From Lama glama (Eukaryota), in the NCBI GenBank assembly GCA_028534125.1, contig CM052818.1, forward strand, positions 28,770,001 to 28,834,000: a DNA stretch of 64,000 bases. The letters are read 5' to 3'. The translations under genes and the position numbers were made by a program. A model generated the notes under the pieces. The model made no database searches, had not been told where the DNA came from, and saw nothing but the letters and a program-made list of their open reading frames with translations. How positions within the stretch are numbered: position 1 is the first letter of the stretch; every line of letters begins with the position of its first letter. Positions 51,316-64,000 of the stretch are shown here, one piece after another.

Positions 51316-53499
51316 CCAAAATCTCCAGAAAGACAGACCACTAAATAAGTAATTACAACAAAAAGCGATGAAGAATTAGGTAAGGAAGATATGAGAATAT
51401 ACCGGTAGCAGAAGCCCTGAGTCATGCTCAGATATTAGGGTCTTTCTGTCAACCAGATCACATCCATGGAGTTTCGGAGTTGTATGGCCACCTTGGCTTA
51501 TTTAAGAAACTATTCTTTCGCTCTCCCCTGGCACATTACATAATACTATTTTAGCATCAGTGACATTGTATTTAAAGTATTTTAATTCAGTAACAAATAC
51601 TTACTCAACTAAACACTCTCTTTTTAGTCTTGGTATCCTTAGCACATGTCAATATTCCTGATGCATTGCAGGTGTGCATTAAATGATGAAAAAATGCCCT
51701 CTGTGGAGTGAACCAAAGTTAACAACCTGGAATGCCTTTGCATACAAGTGATACTACTATCAGTCACCACAGTATGCTGCCCTCCCTGCCCAGGAATTGA
51801 AATTTTTTGTTATTCACTTCCTAGAGATGTCCAGCCTGGTGGAACTGGTTTTTAAAGATACTATTGTCAACACCTAATGATCAACTGCTTCCTAGATCCT
51901 TGCACTTGGAAACAGTCTGCCATCTGCTGTGAAACATGGTAAGACAGTAGTGTTGCTGGAAGTTATACACCAGTAACAAACCCAGTCTCACATCCATAAA
52001 GAAAATTAGACAGCACTCCTGCATGGTAGACTTTCATTTCAGGCTGAGGTTTGATGTATCTTTGACTGACAGACTACTAGAGGATGCATTGGCTTCCTGA
52101 ATATGGTTTATATCCTTGCCTAGTACTGTATCACCTTGTGTGCTGCTAAGGTGGAAAAAAAAATCAATCACTGCAGTTAGCCTGTATTTCAGAAACTCCA
52201 AGTTTGTCTGGCAAAAGTTTGCATAAGGCCTGTTTCTTCCCCAGTCTTTTTCAGTCTGCCAGTTTTATAAAAAGGAACACAGCCCTCTTCAAAAGCTCCT
52301 GGGCAAGCCCCTAAAAAAGAAGTGATCAATGAGAATAGCTTCAGTATGATGATTTCAAAGTGCACGATGGAGTCCTTTGAGTTCTATCTATACAAGCCCT
52401 GGGAGTAACTTTATTTTTTTTTATTAACTACTCAGGCAATTTGGCCCCAGGGGTAACTATTAAGCCAAATAACCAATTTTAATAGTTTAATTACTAAATT
52501 GACAGAGCTTACTGATTATTTTTTGTCAAATAAACAGTGTCTCGTCAATGATCAATCAATTAACACTTAGAGACTGAGCCTTCAGGCTGGGCCAGCATTT
52601 TTAAATACTGAAGTGTATACAAAAGATTTAAAATACGGTTTCTGCCTTTATTAGAATTGAAAGCTAATTAAACTCAAATAGAGTATCAGGAATTATGCAA
52701 TAAAGTGATACTTTCTGTAATCTTTTCTGTTGTCAGAGATCAGAGAAGAAAATGACCAGTGGGAAATATCAAGAATGAAATCCTCAAAGACATCATTTTG
52801 CTCTAGGAATACCTTTATGGAATTTCATTGCCTCACTCTCCAAAATTATTAATGATTTTCATATTCAGGATTCAAGATGAAGAAGCATTTCTGTTTCTTG
52901 TAGTGCAGCAGAAGGTTGTTCTGAATGGCCTTCAGTTAGATGTCTAGATGGTAAATAAACAGCAACAAATACAAGTCCGAATGCTGAGCTTACAAAGAAC
53001 TAACAAAAATCTCCAAGAGGCAGGGGTGGGGAAAGAGACTAAGTTCTGGAAAATCCCTAAGCCACAGGGCACAGGATACCTGTAAGTAAACTATAAAGAG
53101 TTGTACTCAAAACCTGGATAGTGAAGTGCAAGCCGTGGGAGTTAACAACACAGAGTGACATTTGTGTAATACTGTAATGAAGGTAAAGGTGCAGATGAAG
53201 TGTCACCTTGGGTTAGAGTAACACAAAAGGTCAAGCACCTAGGAGTTTTGGACTCCATCACCAGACATGTGACTTTCTAGGGTCTGAGTAATATTCCAAG
53301 AGAAAATGATGGGAAGGGGGCCATTGTCAAGATAAACGTGTCCAGTTGTAGGCACATTTTTATGCAATTGCTTCCGTCTAACTAGAGGTGTGGTGGGTCA
53401 AGGTCCTCATCTTTCACCAAACTGAAATTATCAGCCAAGCTTAAGACTGGGCCACAAGCTCTAAATGAACTTGCACAATATTAGAATTATCTACTCCTC

Positions 53500-54260
53500 T
53501 AAAAATTGGAAAGACTTTCCTGGAAAAAAGAAATCACTTGTGCCTGAAGTGTTTTTTGTGAGATTATAAACTACTCCTTAATTTGTTTACTTGTTATAGA
53601 ACCATCCATGCATTCTATTCCTTTGAGCTAGTTTTTCTGCATCAAATGTTTTCCTAAGAATTTGCCAATTTCTAACTCTTTAGCACAAAACTATTCATGG
53701 CATTTTATAATACCTTTTAAATTTCTGCTATTTCTGTAGTTAAGACACCAATTTATTAGTGCTATTTGTCTGTCCTCTCTTTTTCCTTCATTGTCCTAAC
53801 CAGAGATTTGTCTACTTCATTAGCATTTGCAAAGGACTAACTTTTGATATTTTTTATCCTTTTAATGTTTATTTTTCTATTTTATTCATTTTTACCCTTT
53901 TAAAAATCTCTCTTATTTTCTTTGGATTTATCCAGTATCAGACCATAAAAGCAATCAACTGAGAAACAAATATCATCATACAAATTATGTTCTTTGACTA
54001 CAATCTAGTAAAGTTAAAAATCAGTAACAAAAAGATAAAAAGCACTTCAAAATATGTCACATTTACAAAAAAAATTCAAAATATTCAAAGAAGAAGAAAT
54101 ATTGGATATTTTAATACTCTCAGAACTGAATAACCATGAAAATAGCTCACTAATAAATTACTAGATGGCCCTAAGAAATATGTTGAGGAGCATTTACAAA
54201 CTTTGATTTCTTATAGTAAAAAATAAGAAAGACTAGAAATGAATTAACTAAATGTCCAAC
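53500..54260. mobile_element. Old L1 ORF2 with internal orientation switch at ~53932
   Basis: 53935-54260 (+) resembles the end of the endonuclease domain (..FDYN..KLKISNK..). 53930-53500 (-) resembles the ORF2 segment that follows it (..KINET.SWFF..IDKPL..-like). Confidence 0.55.
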
Positions 54261-54264
54261 CAGG

Positions 54265-54760
54265 ATACACAAAATGACAACTTGATATAGTCATACAGTG
54301 GAATACTATGTATTTTACAGCAAAAACAAATGAACTATAGCTACCCTCATCAATATGTATATGTAAGAGACTTTGAAACAATTTTAACTGGAAAAAAGCA
54401 ACCCACAGTAAAATATCTGTAATTTGATACCATTTCGATAAAGGTCAAAATCACACAAAACTAAAAAAATGTATAGGACAACTACAATAAAAAATGGGAG
54501 AATGATAAACACAAAATTCAATACAACGTTCACATGACAGAAAGCATGTGCAACTGGCGTGGGCCTAGCAGGACCTTCAGAGATGTTTGTAATCTTCTAT
54601 GTTCAGCTGGACAGTGGGCACTAGGGTGTTTGTTTTATCATTCTTTGTATTCTATATATATGTGTGTATATAGATATACACACATAAATACATATATATT
54701 CATGCTCTATTTTCTAATAGAAATATTCTATAGTCTTAATTATATAATCTTCTGTATTTC
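54265..54760 (+). mobile_element. L1ME 3' end
   Basis: 'gatatagtcatacagtggaatactatg...aaacaaatgaactatagcta...tttgataccatttcgataaaggtcaaaatcacacaaaactaa'. Confidence 0.65.
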
Positions 54761-54869
54761 TATATTTCCTAACATATAAAAGGAAAACAATTCAAAGTCC
54801 TACAAAATGTCCAACACTAGTGGATTTCGTCAGCAACAACAGAACATGTCAATACTAAAAGTATAGAGC

Positions 54870-55010
54870 CCGTATGTTCCATACTCTTCATTTACAGCTG
54901 AGAAACTGAGGCCCAGTAAGGTGAAATGTCTCATCAAAGGCCACAAGCTAGTTACGAACAGACCTGAGATGAGAAACTTGAATTTCTGACTCTTAAGACC
55001 AGTTCTCTGT
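54870..55010 (-). mobile_element. MIR SINE
   Basis: 'catttacagctgagaaactgaggcccagtaaggtgaaatgtctcatcaaaggccacaagctagtt'. Confidence 0.8.
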
Positions 55011-55613
55011 CCGGGGGTGTACCATCCCTACATGTATGTCAGTTAATAGACATGTTAAACCATTTTGAGAAAAAATAACAACTAAAATTTGATTTGCAGT
55101 AATTGATGAAGAAAAAAGGCACATTTATGTCTACCTTGAGATGAAAATATAACTGTCACTGACGTTTATAATATATTCAGTCATTATCCACATCTTACAC
55201 CTTGCTGTACCACTTCCCCAAATTTATTTTCAGGTACAATGACTATAAAGGGTACTTCCATAAAATAAGGTTCAATAGTGACATAAGTTTGAAGAATAGC
55301 AAACATTTGATGTACGTTGTCTACTAAAGTTTCTAAAAAGCCCTACACTAAAGAAATTTTGTTTAACAAAACAATTCTCAAGTGTGTTTGGTTATGGCCT
55401 CAATTTATCACACAATACTTACTAGCATCCCAACAAACACTCTGGATTCATCTCTAGAAACTCTAGTTTTCTTAATGCATTAACCAACAGCAATATAGCT
55501 AGATTAACAAAGACAGGAAATAACAGTGGCAAGTACATTTTTTCTGGACAGAGTAGAATCCAAGCATCTACCCAAGATGTTCCCACAAGCCTGAAACACA
55601 GATCACAGGCATA

Positions 55614-55864
55614 TTTTTGTGTGGACCTTTTAGGGTTTTTTATATATAGTAACATATCATCGGCATTTAGTGACACTTTTACCTCTTCTTTTCCAATTTG
55701 GATCCCTTTTATTTCTCTCTCTCGCCTTTCTTTACACTAACGATGAATCAACAGAAAAAGAAAGTAAGAAACAATCCCCTTTAAAATAGCACCCAAAGTA
55801 ATAAAATATCTGGGAATAAATCTAACCAAGGAGGTGAAAGAATTATACACAGAAAACTATAAAC
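55614..55864. mobile_element. Young L1 ORF2 (reverse transcriptase) with 5' inversion, running into the gap
   Basis: 55727-55614 (-) reads [38 protein letters not shown]. 55727-55864 (+) reads [12 protein letters not shown]../..[29 protein letters not shown]. Confidence 0.93.
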
Positions 55865-56364
55865 NNNNNNNNNNNNNNNNNNNNNNNNNNNNNNNNNNNN
55901 NNNNNNNNNNNNNNNNNNNNNNNNNNNNNNNNNNNNNNNNNNNNNNNNNNNNNNNNNNNNNNNNNNNNNNNNNNNNNNNNNNNNNNNNNNNNNNNNNNNN
56001 NNNNNNNNNNNNNNNNNNNNNNNNNNNNNNNNNNNNNNNNNNNNNNNNNNNNNNNNNNNNNNNNNNNNNNNNNNNNNNNNNNNNNNNNNNNNNNNNNNNN
56101 NNNNNNNNNNNNNNNNNNNNNNNNNNNNNNNNNNNNNNNNNNNNNNNNNNNNNNNNNNNNNNNNNNNNNNNNNNNNNNNNNNNNNNNNNNNNNNNNNNNN
56201 NNNNNNNNNNNNNNNNNNNNNNNNNNNNNNNNNNNNNNNNNNNNNNNNNNNNNNNNNNNNNNNNNNNNNNNNNNNNNNNNNNNNNNNNNNNNNNNNNNNN
56301 NNNNNNNNNNNNNNNNNNNNNNNNNNNNNNNNNNNNNNNNNNNNNNNNNNNNNNNNNNNNNNNN
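55865..56364. other. Assembly gap (500 N)
   Basis: Directly visible. Confidence 1.
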
Positions 56365-58535
56365 CCGTCTTCTCATACTTCAGGTTTCAGCTTGGATTAT
56401 CACATTTTCAGTGCAGCCTTCTTAGTCTTTATTAACAGCTAATGGATTGTATATTGCTTTGACTGCTTAGCATCCTTATTCCCTGGTGGGACAGTCAACT
56501 ACAGTGCATGAAATTGATCTGTTCCCACTGCAGGGTTAGCTTTGTGACTACTTGAATATGCAAGACCATAGATATTAGTTCTTCTGGGTCAGATATTGTT
56601 CTCTGGATCAGAGACCCAAACAGCCACAAGACCAACATACTATTTGGAAATTCAGGTACTCTCAAAAATGTCCACAAGGTAGAGAAAATGGGCTAGTACT
56701 ATTTTAGATTGTCACTAGAATGAAGAATCCTAACACAAGTGGATTAACAAGGATCTTTGTTGTTAGGAAAAAGAACAAAATAATTGCATTTATGTCTGTT
56801 TTATTACAATTTACTCTCTTTTAATATAAGGACTTTGCCTTGTTTGCCATTGTATTTTTCTGCTTTAGCATGAAACAATCATTCAAAAAATTTTGTAGAA
56901 TTGAATCATCTATCTTAAAGTGTGAAGAAACACCAAGAAATGATTTTGTCCAGCCCTCTGATGAAAGCATATGACTATCCTTATATTTGACAAATGGGTC
57001 ACTTGAGGTCCAGAAATTTAAAGACTCACTCTAGGTCACATGGAATACACTAAAAATAAAATCTTCTGTTCTTTCTACCATTCCTTATTGCTATCCAGTT
57101 GCATTTGTACATTTCTAATATACTAATTTGCCTGTAGAGACTGAAAAAAAATTGCTTTCCTATCCTAATTACAGAGACTTTTTGTTTATTGACTCTCAGG
57201 GTTGAAAATAAAGGTAGAAATTATATTAGACTAGCCAAAGATGCCAGATTAGGGAGTTAGGGTTTTATCCTGTAGGATAATTTTGAAACTATACTCATTG
57301 GAGCCCCTGTCAGGAACCTCAAGGGCTTTGTCTGGACTTCTGACTTATATTTCAATCAGAGAAGCTCCTTGTTCATTTATTTCTCTTGGCTTTATGGAAA
57401 GCTTATTTTGAAGAAAGAAATATGTCAATAAAAATATATTTGAAAACTATTACTCCAGGGAGTACTGTAACATTTTCATTCGCTACTCAAACATCATCTT
57501 TGGTTGAGCTCTTAAGGTAAACTTTGCTTCTTTTTTGTCTTTGACCAGATTCTCATAATAGCTTGTACAATGAGGGTTAATTTTGGATTTATATGTTTGA
57601 ATAGCTAAATGTTATCAGTTATAAAAGAAAATACATGTTAGAATCTAAAAGAATTTTGTCAGCTGGAGTAAGAAAAGTAAAATATACCTTAAGTATTCTC
57701 TTTCATTTCCAGTTGTGGGGAATTTGAAAAATGCTTATTACATGCAGATTTCTTATATTCTCTGGGTTAGTTTAGTGATAAATGCAGCTGTTGAGCTAAA
57801 TGAGAATGGCTAGAAAAGCTACTGAAGCTTGACCAGTAATTGTGGATTAGTTAATGGGAATTTGCCTGGGAGTGAGTGTTAATAGTCCTGATGATTTTCG
57901 GAAAGCATTGCAAAGATTTTGAAGAACCTTTTAAATCACTTAGTCTCTCTATGTACTTGTAAGATCTATATGTAAGATGAGAGACTTTACATAGATGAGG
58001 ACAATACACATTTTATAGATTTGTATGGTACTTTACAATTTCACATTTTTCCTTTCTAAGAGAAATTTAAGGCTCTTGCAGCTGTAAAATTCTATTACTT
58101 TATGTTTTATTGATTCTTTTGAATATTTTTGAGATTTTAAACATTTAAAGCTGACATATTGACAGGTTTTAGTTTAGTAGTGGTATGACCTTCCAGCTCT
58201 GTGTTCCTAGAGATTACTTGCATGATAATCATGGACTATGATAATGAATATTATGCTAATGAATAGTGTAGAAATACTCATAAGGATACATTTCAAAAGA
58301 TTTATCTAATTCTAATACCTTGTGAACAACCAAATTCCTAAACTGAAGATTACACCACAATTGTAGCATAAAATTCCACATATCTTTTTCATTTTCTTTA
58401 AAGAATTCCACAAAATTGGGGAAATAACTGGGTACATGTGGAAATTGGCTTTCAGATTGTCATTATCATGCGCAAGCCAAAGAGGGTTGCATTGCTAAGT
58501 CTCAATTACAAAAACAAACAAACAAAAAACCCGTC

Positions 58536-59733
58536 ACAACAAAGGGGGCAAGAATATACAATGGAGAAAAGTCTTTTCAATAAGTGTTGCTGAGAAAACT
58601 ATACAGCTAATATAAAAGAAGGAAATTAGAACATTTTCTAACACCACATACAAAAGTAAACTCAAAATGTATTAAAGACCTAAATATAAGACTTGAAATC
58701 ATAAAATCCCAAGAAGAAAAAATATAGGCAGAAAACTCTTTGACATAAATAGTAGCAATTTTTTTTTTTTTGGATCTGTCTCCTAAAGTAAAGGAAACAA
58801 AACCAAAAATAAACAAATGGGGCCTAATGAAACCCAAAAGGTTTTACATAGCAAAGGAAATCACTGACAAATGAAAAGACAGCCTACTGAATGGGACAAA
58901 AAGTGTGCAAGTGATAGGATTGATAAGTGGTTAATATCCAAAATTCATAAACAACTCATACAACTGAACTTGAAAAAACAAACACCTGGATTAAAAAATG
59001 TGCAGAAGACCTGAATAGACAGTTTTCCAAAGAAGACATACAGATGGCCAACAGGCCCATGAAAAAGATTTTCAGCATCATTAATCATAATAGAAGTGCA
59101 CATCAACACCACAGTGAGATACCACCTTGTGCCTGTCAGAATGGCTATTATGTGAAAGAACACAGATAACAAATGTTGGAGAGGATATGGAGAAAAGGGA
59201 ACCCTCATACACTATTAGTGGGAACGTAAATTGGTGTAGCCACTGTGGAAAACAGGATGGAGATTCCTCTAAAAGCTAAAAATGGAACTACCATATCATC
59301 CAACTACCTGGGTTTATATCTGAAGAAAAGGAAAATGAAAAGATACATGTACCCACAATGTTCATCACAGCATTGTTTACAATAGCCAAGATATGGGAAG
59401 CAGCCTAAGTGTCCATCAATAGATAAATGGATAAAGAAGATATTATATATCTATATCTTATATATATAAACACACATACAGTGGAATACCACTCAGTTAT
59501 AAAAAAGAGTGAAATCCTGCCTTTTGCAACAACATGGATGAATTTGGAGAGTATTATGCTCAGTGAAATAAATCAGACAGAGAAAGACAAATACTCTGTG
59601 TTATCACTTACGTATGGAAAATACAAAATAAAACAAAGTAGTGAATATAACAACAAAGAAACAGACTCAAGATATAGAGAACAAACTGGTGGTTACCATG
59701 GGGAGAGGGAGGAGGAGGGGCAAAAATTTGTGT
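58536..59733 (+). mobile_element. 5'-truncated L1 (ORF2 3' part plus proximal 3' UTR), decayed
   Basis: 'acaacaaagggggcaagaatatacaatggagaaaag...ttttccaaagaagacatacagatggccaacagg...'. ORF 59427-59735 includes EYHSVIKKSEILPFATTWMNLESIMLSEINQTEKDKY. Confidence 0.93.
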
Positions 59734-60570
59734 AATGAAAAAAAGTTCATGGGTTATATATAGTAGTCATATCAACAAATATTTATAAAGTTCCTGCTGA
59801 GCCACATTTTACAAAGGAATCTGAATATCCTTTGTCCTGTAATTCTTACATTTTGTACAGTTTCACTGAATGAAAAAAATGGCCCAATTTTGATCATTTC
59901 CTTTTTTTTATAACTCCTAGAAATGACCGTTTTACTAGACTGTGTTTCCAGAAATCAGTAATGCTGTGGAACATATTTTCTCATATGCAATATTAGAGTT
60001 AGAAATCAGATTTCTTATCCAGGTCTTATTTGTAGTGACCTACAAATCGTACCCATGACCCAAAACATCATAGATGGAAGGATAACTAGCCATCACTATA
60101 AATATTTAATAAATGACTTTTATTCTTCGAAAAAGGAATAGATTATCTTGTTGTATACTATTGTCAGCAATGTTTTTTCATTCTGTAAGTCTATACTTGT
60201 CAAATAATGACAATGTCTTATAGTTCACTCTATTATATGTCATATACAAGAAGCTCACAAAAGCAGCTAGATTATAAATTTGGCCACAGCCAAACATATG
60301 TTTAAGCTTTTATTTAGTGATAACATTACTTTCCTGATTTAGAAAGGCTCTTTTTAGAATAATTTGGATGACAGTTCTAGGAAGTTTACATTAATTTCTT
60401 TTGCCTTTAAATTTTTTCCTAAATTAAGCAGAGCATCAAAAATCACTCTGCTGACCTCAGTTTTGTGTACAAAATACCAGTGACACAGTTGCTATTGTGG
60501 ATAAGATTTTCATGATTCTTTTATTGACAATAATACATCTGAAAGTAAGAGTTAATAAAAATAAGAAAGT

Positions 60571-60642
60571 ACATGAAAATATAGCAATATAAATATTTAT
60601 TAAAGCACATGAAGATATATCAATATAAATATTTATTAAAGC
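60571..60642 (+). repeat. 36-bp tandem duplication (2 mismatches) within an L1ME-like remnant
   Basis: acatgaaaatatagcaatataaatatttattaaagc / acatgaagatatatcaatataaatatttattaaagc. Confidence 0.9.
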
Positions 60643-61491
60643 ATTATTTTATAATTAAAAAGTGAAAAAATATTGATGCCAAAATGAAAGTTTAAGCTAA
60701 AATGCATTACATTACAAGGGAAAGTTTGACAGATATTTAAATGATGATGTAGAAACATATTTATTAACTTGGGAAAAATTATCAGCCTGTGTTGTTAAGT
60801 GAAAAGCATAGGTTGCAAAATAATGCAGTATAAAGACATATACTGATACACATAGGTTATGTAATAGGAAGGCTGCTCAGACTTACTAACAGTGGTTTTT
60901 CTGACTGTTGTTTTAGTTTTCTTATTTTGCCAGTCTGAATATCTGAATATTCTTTAACAAAAAGGTTGTTAAAGAATATATTTTATTCCTGTGATGTGAT
61001 AAGAAAAAATGAGAAAATTTAGGACTTCTTTCCTAACCCAGAGACTTTTTCATGAATTATTTAAAATTATACTGTTGGAAACTTCTTATATATGTATCTT
61101 TACATTCTTGAGAACATATTTTTTATGGGATGAATGGCTGATAGCTGAGTTGTTGGAAGGAGTATTTTCAGTGTAATTTTTAATATATAAACAAAAATGT
61201 TACATCCAATATGATGTAAGGAAAGTTATATGAAAAGGGAATTTATAGAAGCACAAAAAAAAGTTAAAGAAACATGAAAACCAAGGCAAATTAAAGTAAT
61301 GTGGTTTTAGACTTATTAGATTTGTTAAAATTAATGAAATTTATATGTCAAGTTTTGGTAAGGGTGAGGGAAACAAGTGCTCTCGTGTACAGTCGGAGGG
61401 AATATAAATTGGTATATTGTGTTAGTTTTTTAAATTAAGGAAGTAAATAGGGCTGATCGTTCCCTATACTATGTTTCTTCAAAACCACATT

Positions 61492-61627
61492 GAAACATTT
61501 TAAAATTTATTTTTATTTAGAGGGGGTGGATGATAGATTTATTTGTTTATTTCTTAGTGAAGGTACTGGGAGTTTAACCTAGTGCATGCTAAGCAGGTAC
61601 TCTACCACTGAGCCATACCCTCCCAAC
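61492..61627 (-). mobile_element. tRNA-derived SINE, camelid vic-1-like
   Basis: Minus strand reads GGGAGGGTATGGCTCAGTGGTAGAGTACCTGCTTAGCATGCAC.. (pol III A box) ..CCCAGTACCT.. followed by an A-rich tail. Flanked by TSD CAAAACCACATT at 61480-61491 and 61628-61639. Confidence 0.85.
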
Positions 61628-64000
61628 CAAAACCACATTTTGAATGTACTGAAGCATCCCCCACTTTATCTCCAGAATAGACAGGACTCTTGAGAGTGAC
61701 TTTTATTTTTCACAGCTGTTTTCCTTTCTCAAGGCTCTCTTAATCTAACTAACTCTGCAAGGAAGGCCAAACTGTGCACGCACATTTAAACCTCTCCTCC
61801 CATCATCTTTACTAAAATTCCACTGACCAAAGCAGAAAACATGTACAAGCCCAAAGTCATTGGGATGGGAAATATACTCTGTTCACTCTAGTAGGAGGTG
61901 GCCCCAAGTCATGTAGCAAGGGCATGGCGTGTGTGCTTCTATACCACACATGTCCATTTTAATAGCTGGAGTGGTAGAAAGGCATTTGCTCAGCTGTAAA
62001 AGAATAATTTGCTTTAAGAGTTCCTTAGTGGATCTCCAAATACACATTTTGAGACTATACTGGTTACATTATTCAGGTGGATAAAATTATGTTTCATGTG
62101 AAATTTTTGTTAGTGGTCAAAATAATGAACATAGCAAACCATGGATGCTCTTGTGTATTTTACCAGTCACTTTCTCATATATTCTTTTCTGTTAAGTCTC
62201 ACCATCATTCTAAGCATTATTACTTTAGGTATACTAAATTGTTAAGTTAGTTGGGTGGAATTCAATAGCTGGAATCTTACCAATGTGTAGAATACCATAT
62301 AGTAACTCCTACATGTTACTTTTTAAATTGTCTTTTCTAAGGTCACAGAGCTTAATATGTGGCAAAAGCAACCTTGAAACACCCTTGTCCTGTCCTCTTC
62401 TAACTCTGCCAATGCACACCTTCTGTAATCAGTGGCCAACAAATTGTCTGATTTTTCCAAAAGCCTCTTCTAAAACCACATTAAAAAGAAATTAACCTTA
62501 AAGGTGTAATAAGGTTAAGTACTGACCTTATGACTGAAGAGGCTTGTTCAAATGGCCAAGCCCACATGGCTCAGGGAGTTCAGGCACCAGGCAGATTTTC
62601 TGTGAGAATCACAATGAATAAATATTTACCCCACATTTGGCCCAGTCCACTCCTGGACTGTTTCATTGCCTTTGACATCATTTTGCAGTATTTTCATCTC
62701 TACTTACTTAATTTTAGAGAAGTAAAAATTTAGAAGCCTCATTTAAACCTCACACAGGGGCAAAAATACTTGTCATATGGATTTCTTTATTATTTTTGAC
62801 CTATTCTAGGTATTCTAGCTAAGACTGTAGATCAGGCAAATTTATTTACCCATCAATGGAATAAGTGACTGGTTTTGTAAAATGACATAGATCATAAAAG
62901 ATCAGTAAGTTGGCTGTTTCTATTTAGATTATCTTAGAAGGGCACTAATTTAAGTAAGCCTAACCCAAGCCTTACAGCTGGAAAGTTTCCATTTGCTAGT
63001 CATTTTAAGATTTCATTTTTAAGAATGAAATTTAGACTATGATATAAAAAAAGAAAAATCTCTTCTGTGTCAGTCTCACACAATCTGTATGTAGAGAGGC
63101 ATTTTGTTTCAGTTTTTTTCAGGAGAAACTTAACTGTTCTTCCTTTCTGTAACAAAGAACAGTAAAATATAATGGCAGAGGCAGCTCTTTTTTGTTTCAC
63201 TTAAGAACTACTGCATTTTAGAAACAGAAGGAAATAAAATATAAAAGCTATTCTTAATTCTGTCTTTCATTGTTGAACAAAAACAGGGAAAAGATGATTC
63301 TGATGTTACTAATGAAAAAATTGTTAGGGAAAAGAGACTGTAAAAGTGAAGATGAAGGAGTATTTGTGATTTCCTTAAACTGTTCTAAAGTAAAAGAAAA
63401 AATAAGGTTTCATTTAAGGTAGGAAAATTATAATCTTCCTCCTATAACTATTTCAGGTTTTTAGAAAATGGAAAAAATTAGTGAACTCATTGTTACACCA
63501 ATGTCCAAAAGATAACCAGAATGACAGTGATCCAGAATGTGCCTACTTCTGAATAATCTCCTATTTAAAAAGGGGCAACATGAATCTTCAGGAAATCACG
63601 AATTTCCATCTTTGAGCTTAAAGAACAATGATGGAAAAAGCCAGGCTTAAAAAAAAAAACTTATCCCTAAAAGTGAAGGAAATGTCTAATTAAGAGATCG
63701 CTTCATTATTGGAGCTCCTTAGAAATGCTTTTTGCTATTAAATGCTACTTTTCCTTCACAAATGGTTTAAAAGTCCTATGTAAGATGTATGAAGTCATCC
63801 TTAGAAATGACTGTATCCACAGGAAAATTAGAAGCATACAGCAGTCATAATAGATCAGGAAGGCTTCATGAAGGGAACAAAAGCAGCTCAGCAGGAAATA
63901 GACACTTGAAAACAGCAATTTAAAGTTTACAGGCATAGGCTGAAGCTTTTAAGAGGTACTTTCATTCTTTGTGTGCTGTTAATCCTTTATTAGGCCATAG

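Noticed and set aside
55834..56442. Longest ORFs (202 aa and 177 aa)
   Set aside because: Artefacts of translating through the N gap. The real part ([10 protein letters not shown]) is L1 ORF2.
61560..61624. tRNA gene
   Set aside because: Only the 5' half is tRNA-like. The B-box region is damaged, and the A-rich tail plus TSD mark it as a SINE.
62281..62336. Minus-strand exon candidate (ccttag|...TTG|gtaaga)
   Set aside because: Stops in all three frames and a weak polypyrimidine tract.
1..64000. CpG island or canonical gene promoter; scattered AP-1 (TGAGTCA/TGACTCA) sites
   Set aside because: CpG is depleted throughout, and isolated 7-mers are expected by chance in 64 kb.

Overview
AT-rich, CpG-poor mammalian nuclear DNA. 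It is most likely camelid (camel, llama or alpaca), because a tRNA-derived SINE matching my recollection of the camelid vic-1 family sits at ~61.5 kb with a 12-bp target-site duplication, alongside cetartiodactyl-type L1 3' ends. I recognise no protein-coding gene. The ORF track is consistent with chance ORFs, microsatellite read-through, L1 ORF2 remnants and an N-gap artefact. The window is intergenic or deep-intronic and is dominated by transposon relics: L1, L2, MIR, MaLR/ERVL/ERV1 solo LTRs, hAT MER45/MER33/MER5 and a Tigger2-type MITE. A 500-N gap lies at 55865-56364. Best-supported points of interest: a young L1 with a twin-priming 5' inversion running into the gap, a recent local duplication of a MIR fragment into an L2, and two same-family ERV1 LTRs ~650 bp apart. 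More speculative: three minus-strand exon candidates that splice in frame to a 54-aa Cys-rich hydrophobic peptide. Repeat family names come from memory of consensus sequences, not a database search, and boundaries of old repeats are approximate. I see no solid evidence for a novel biological system.
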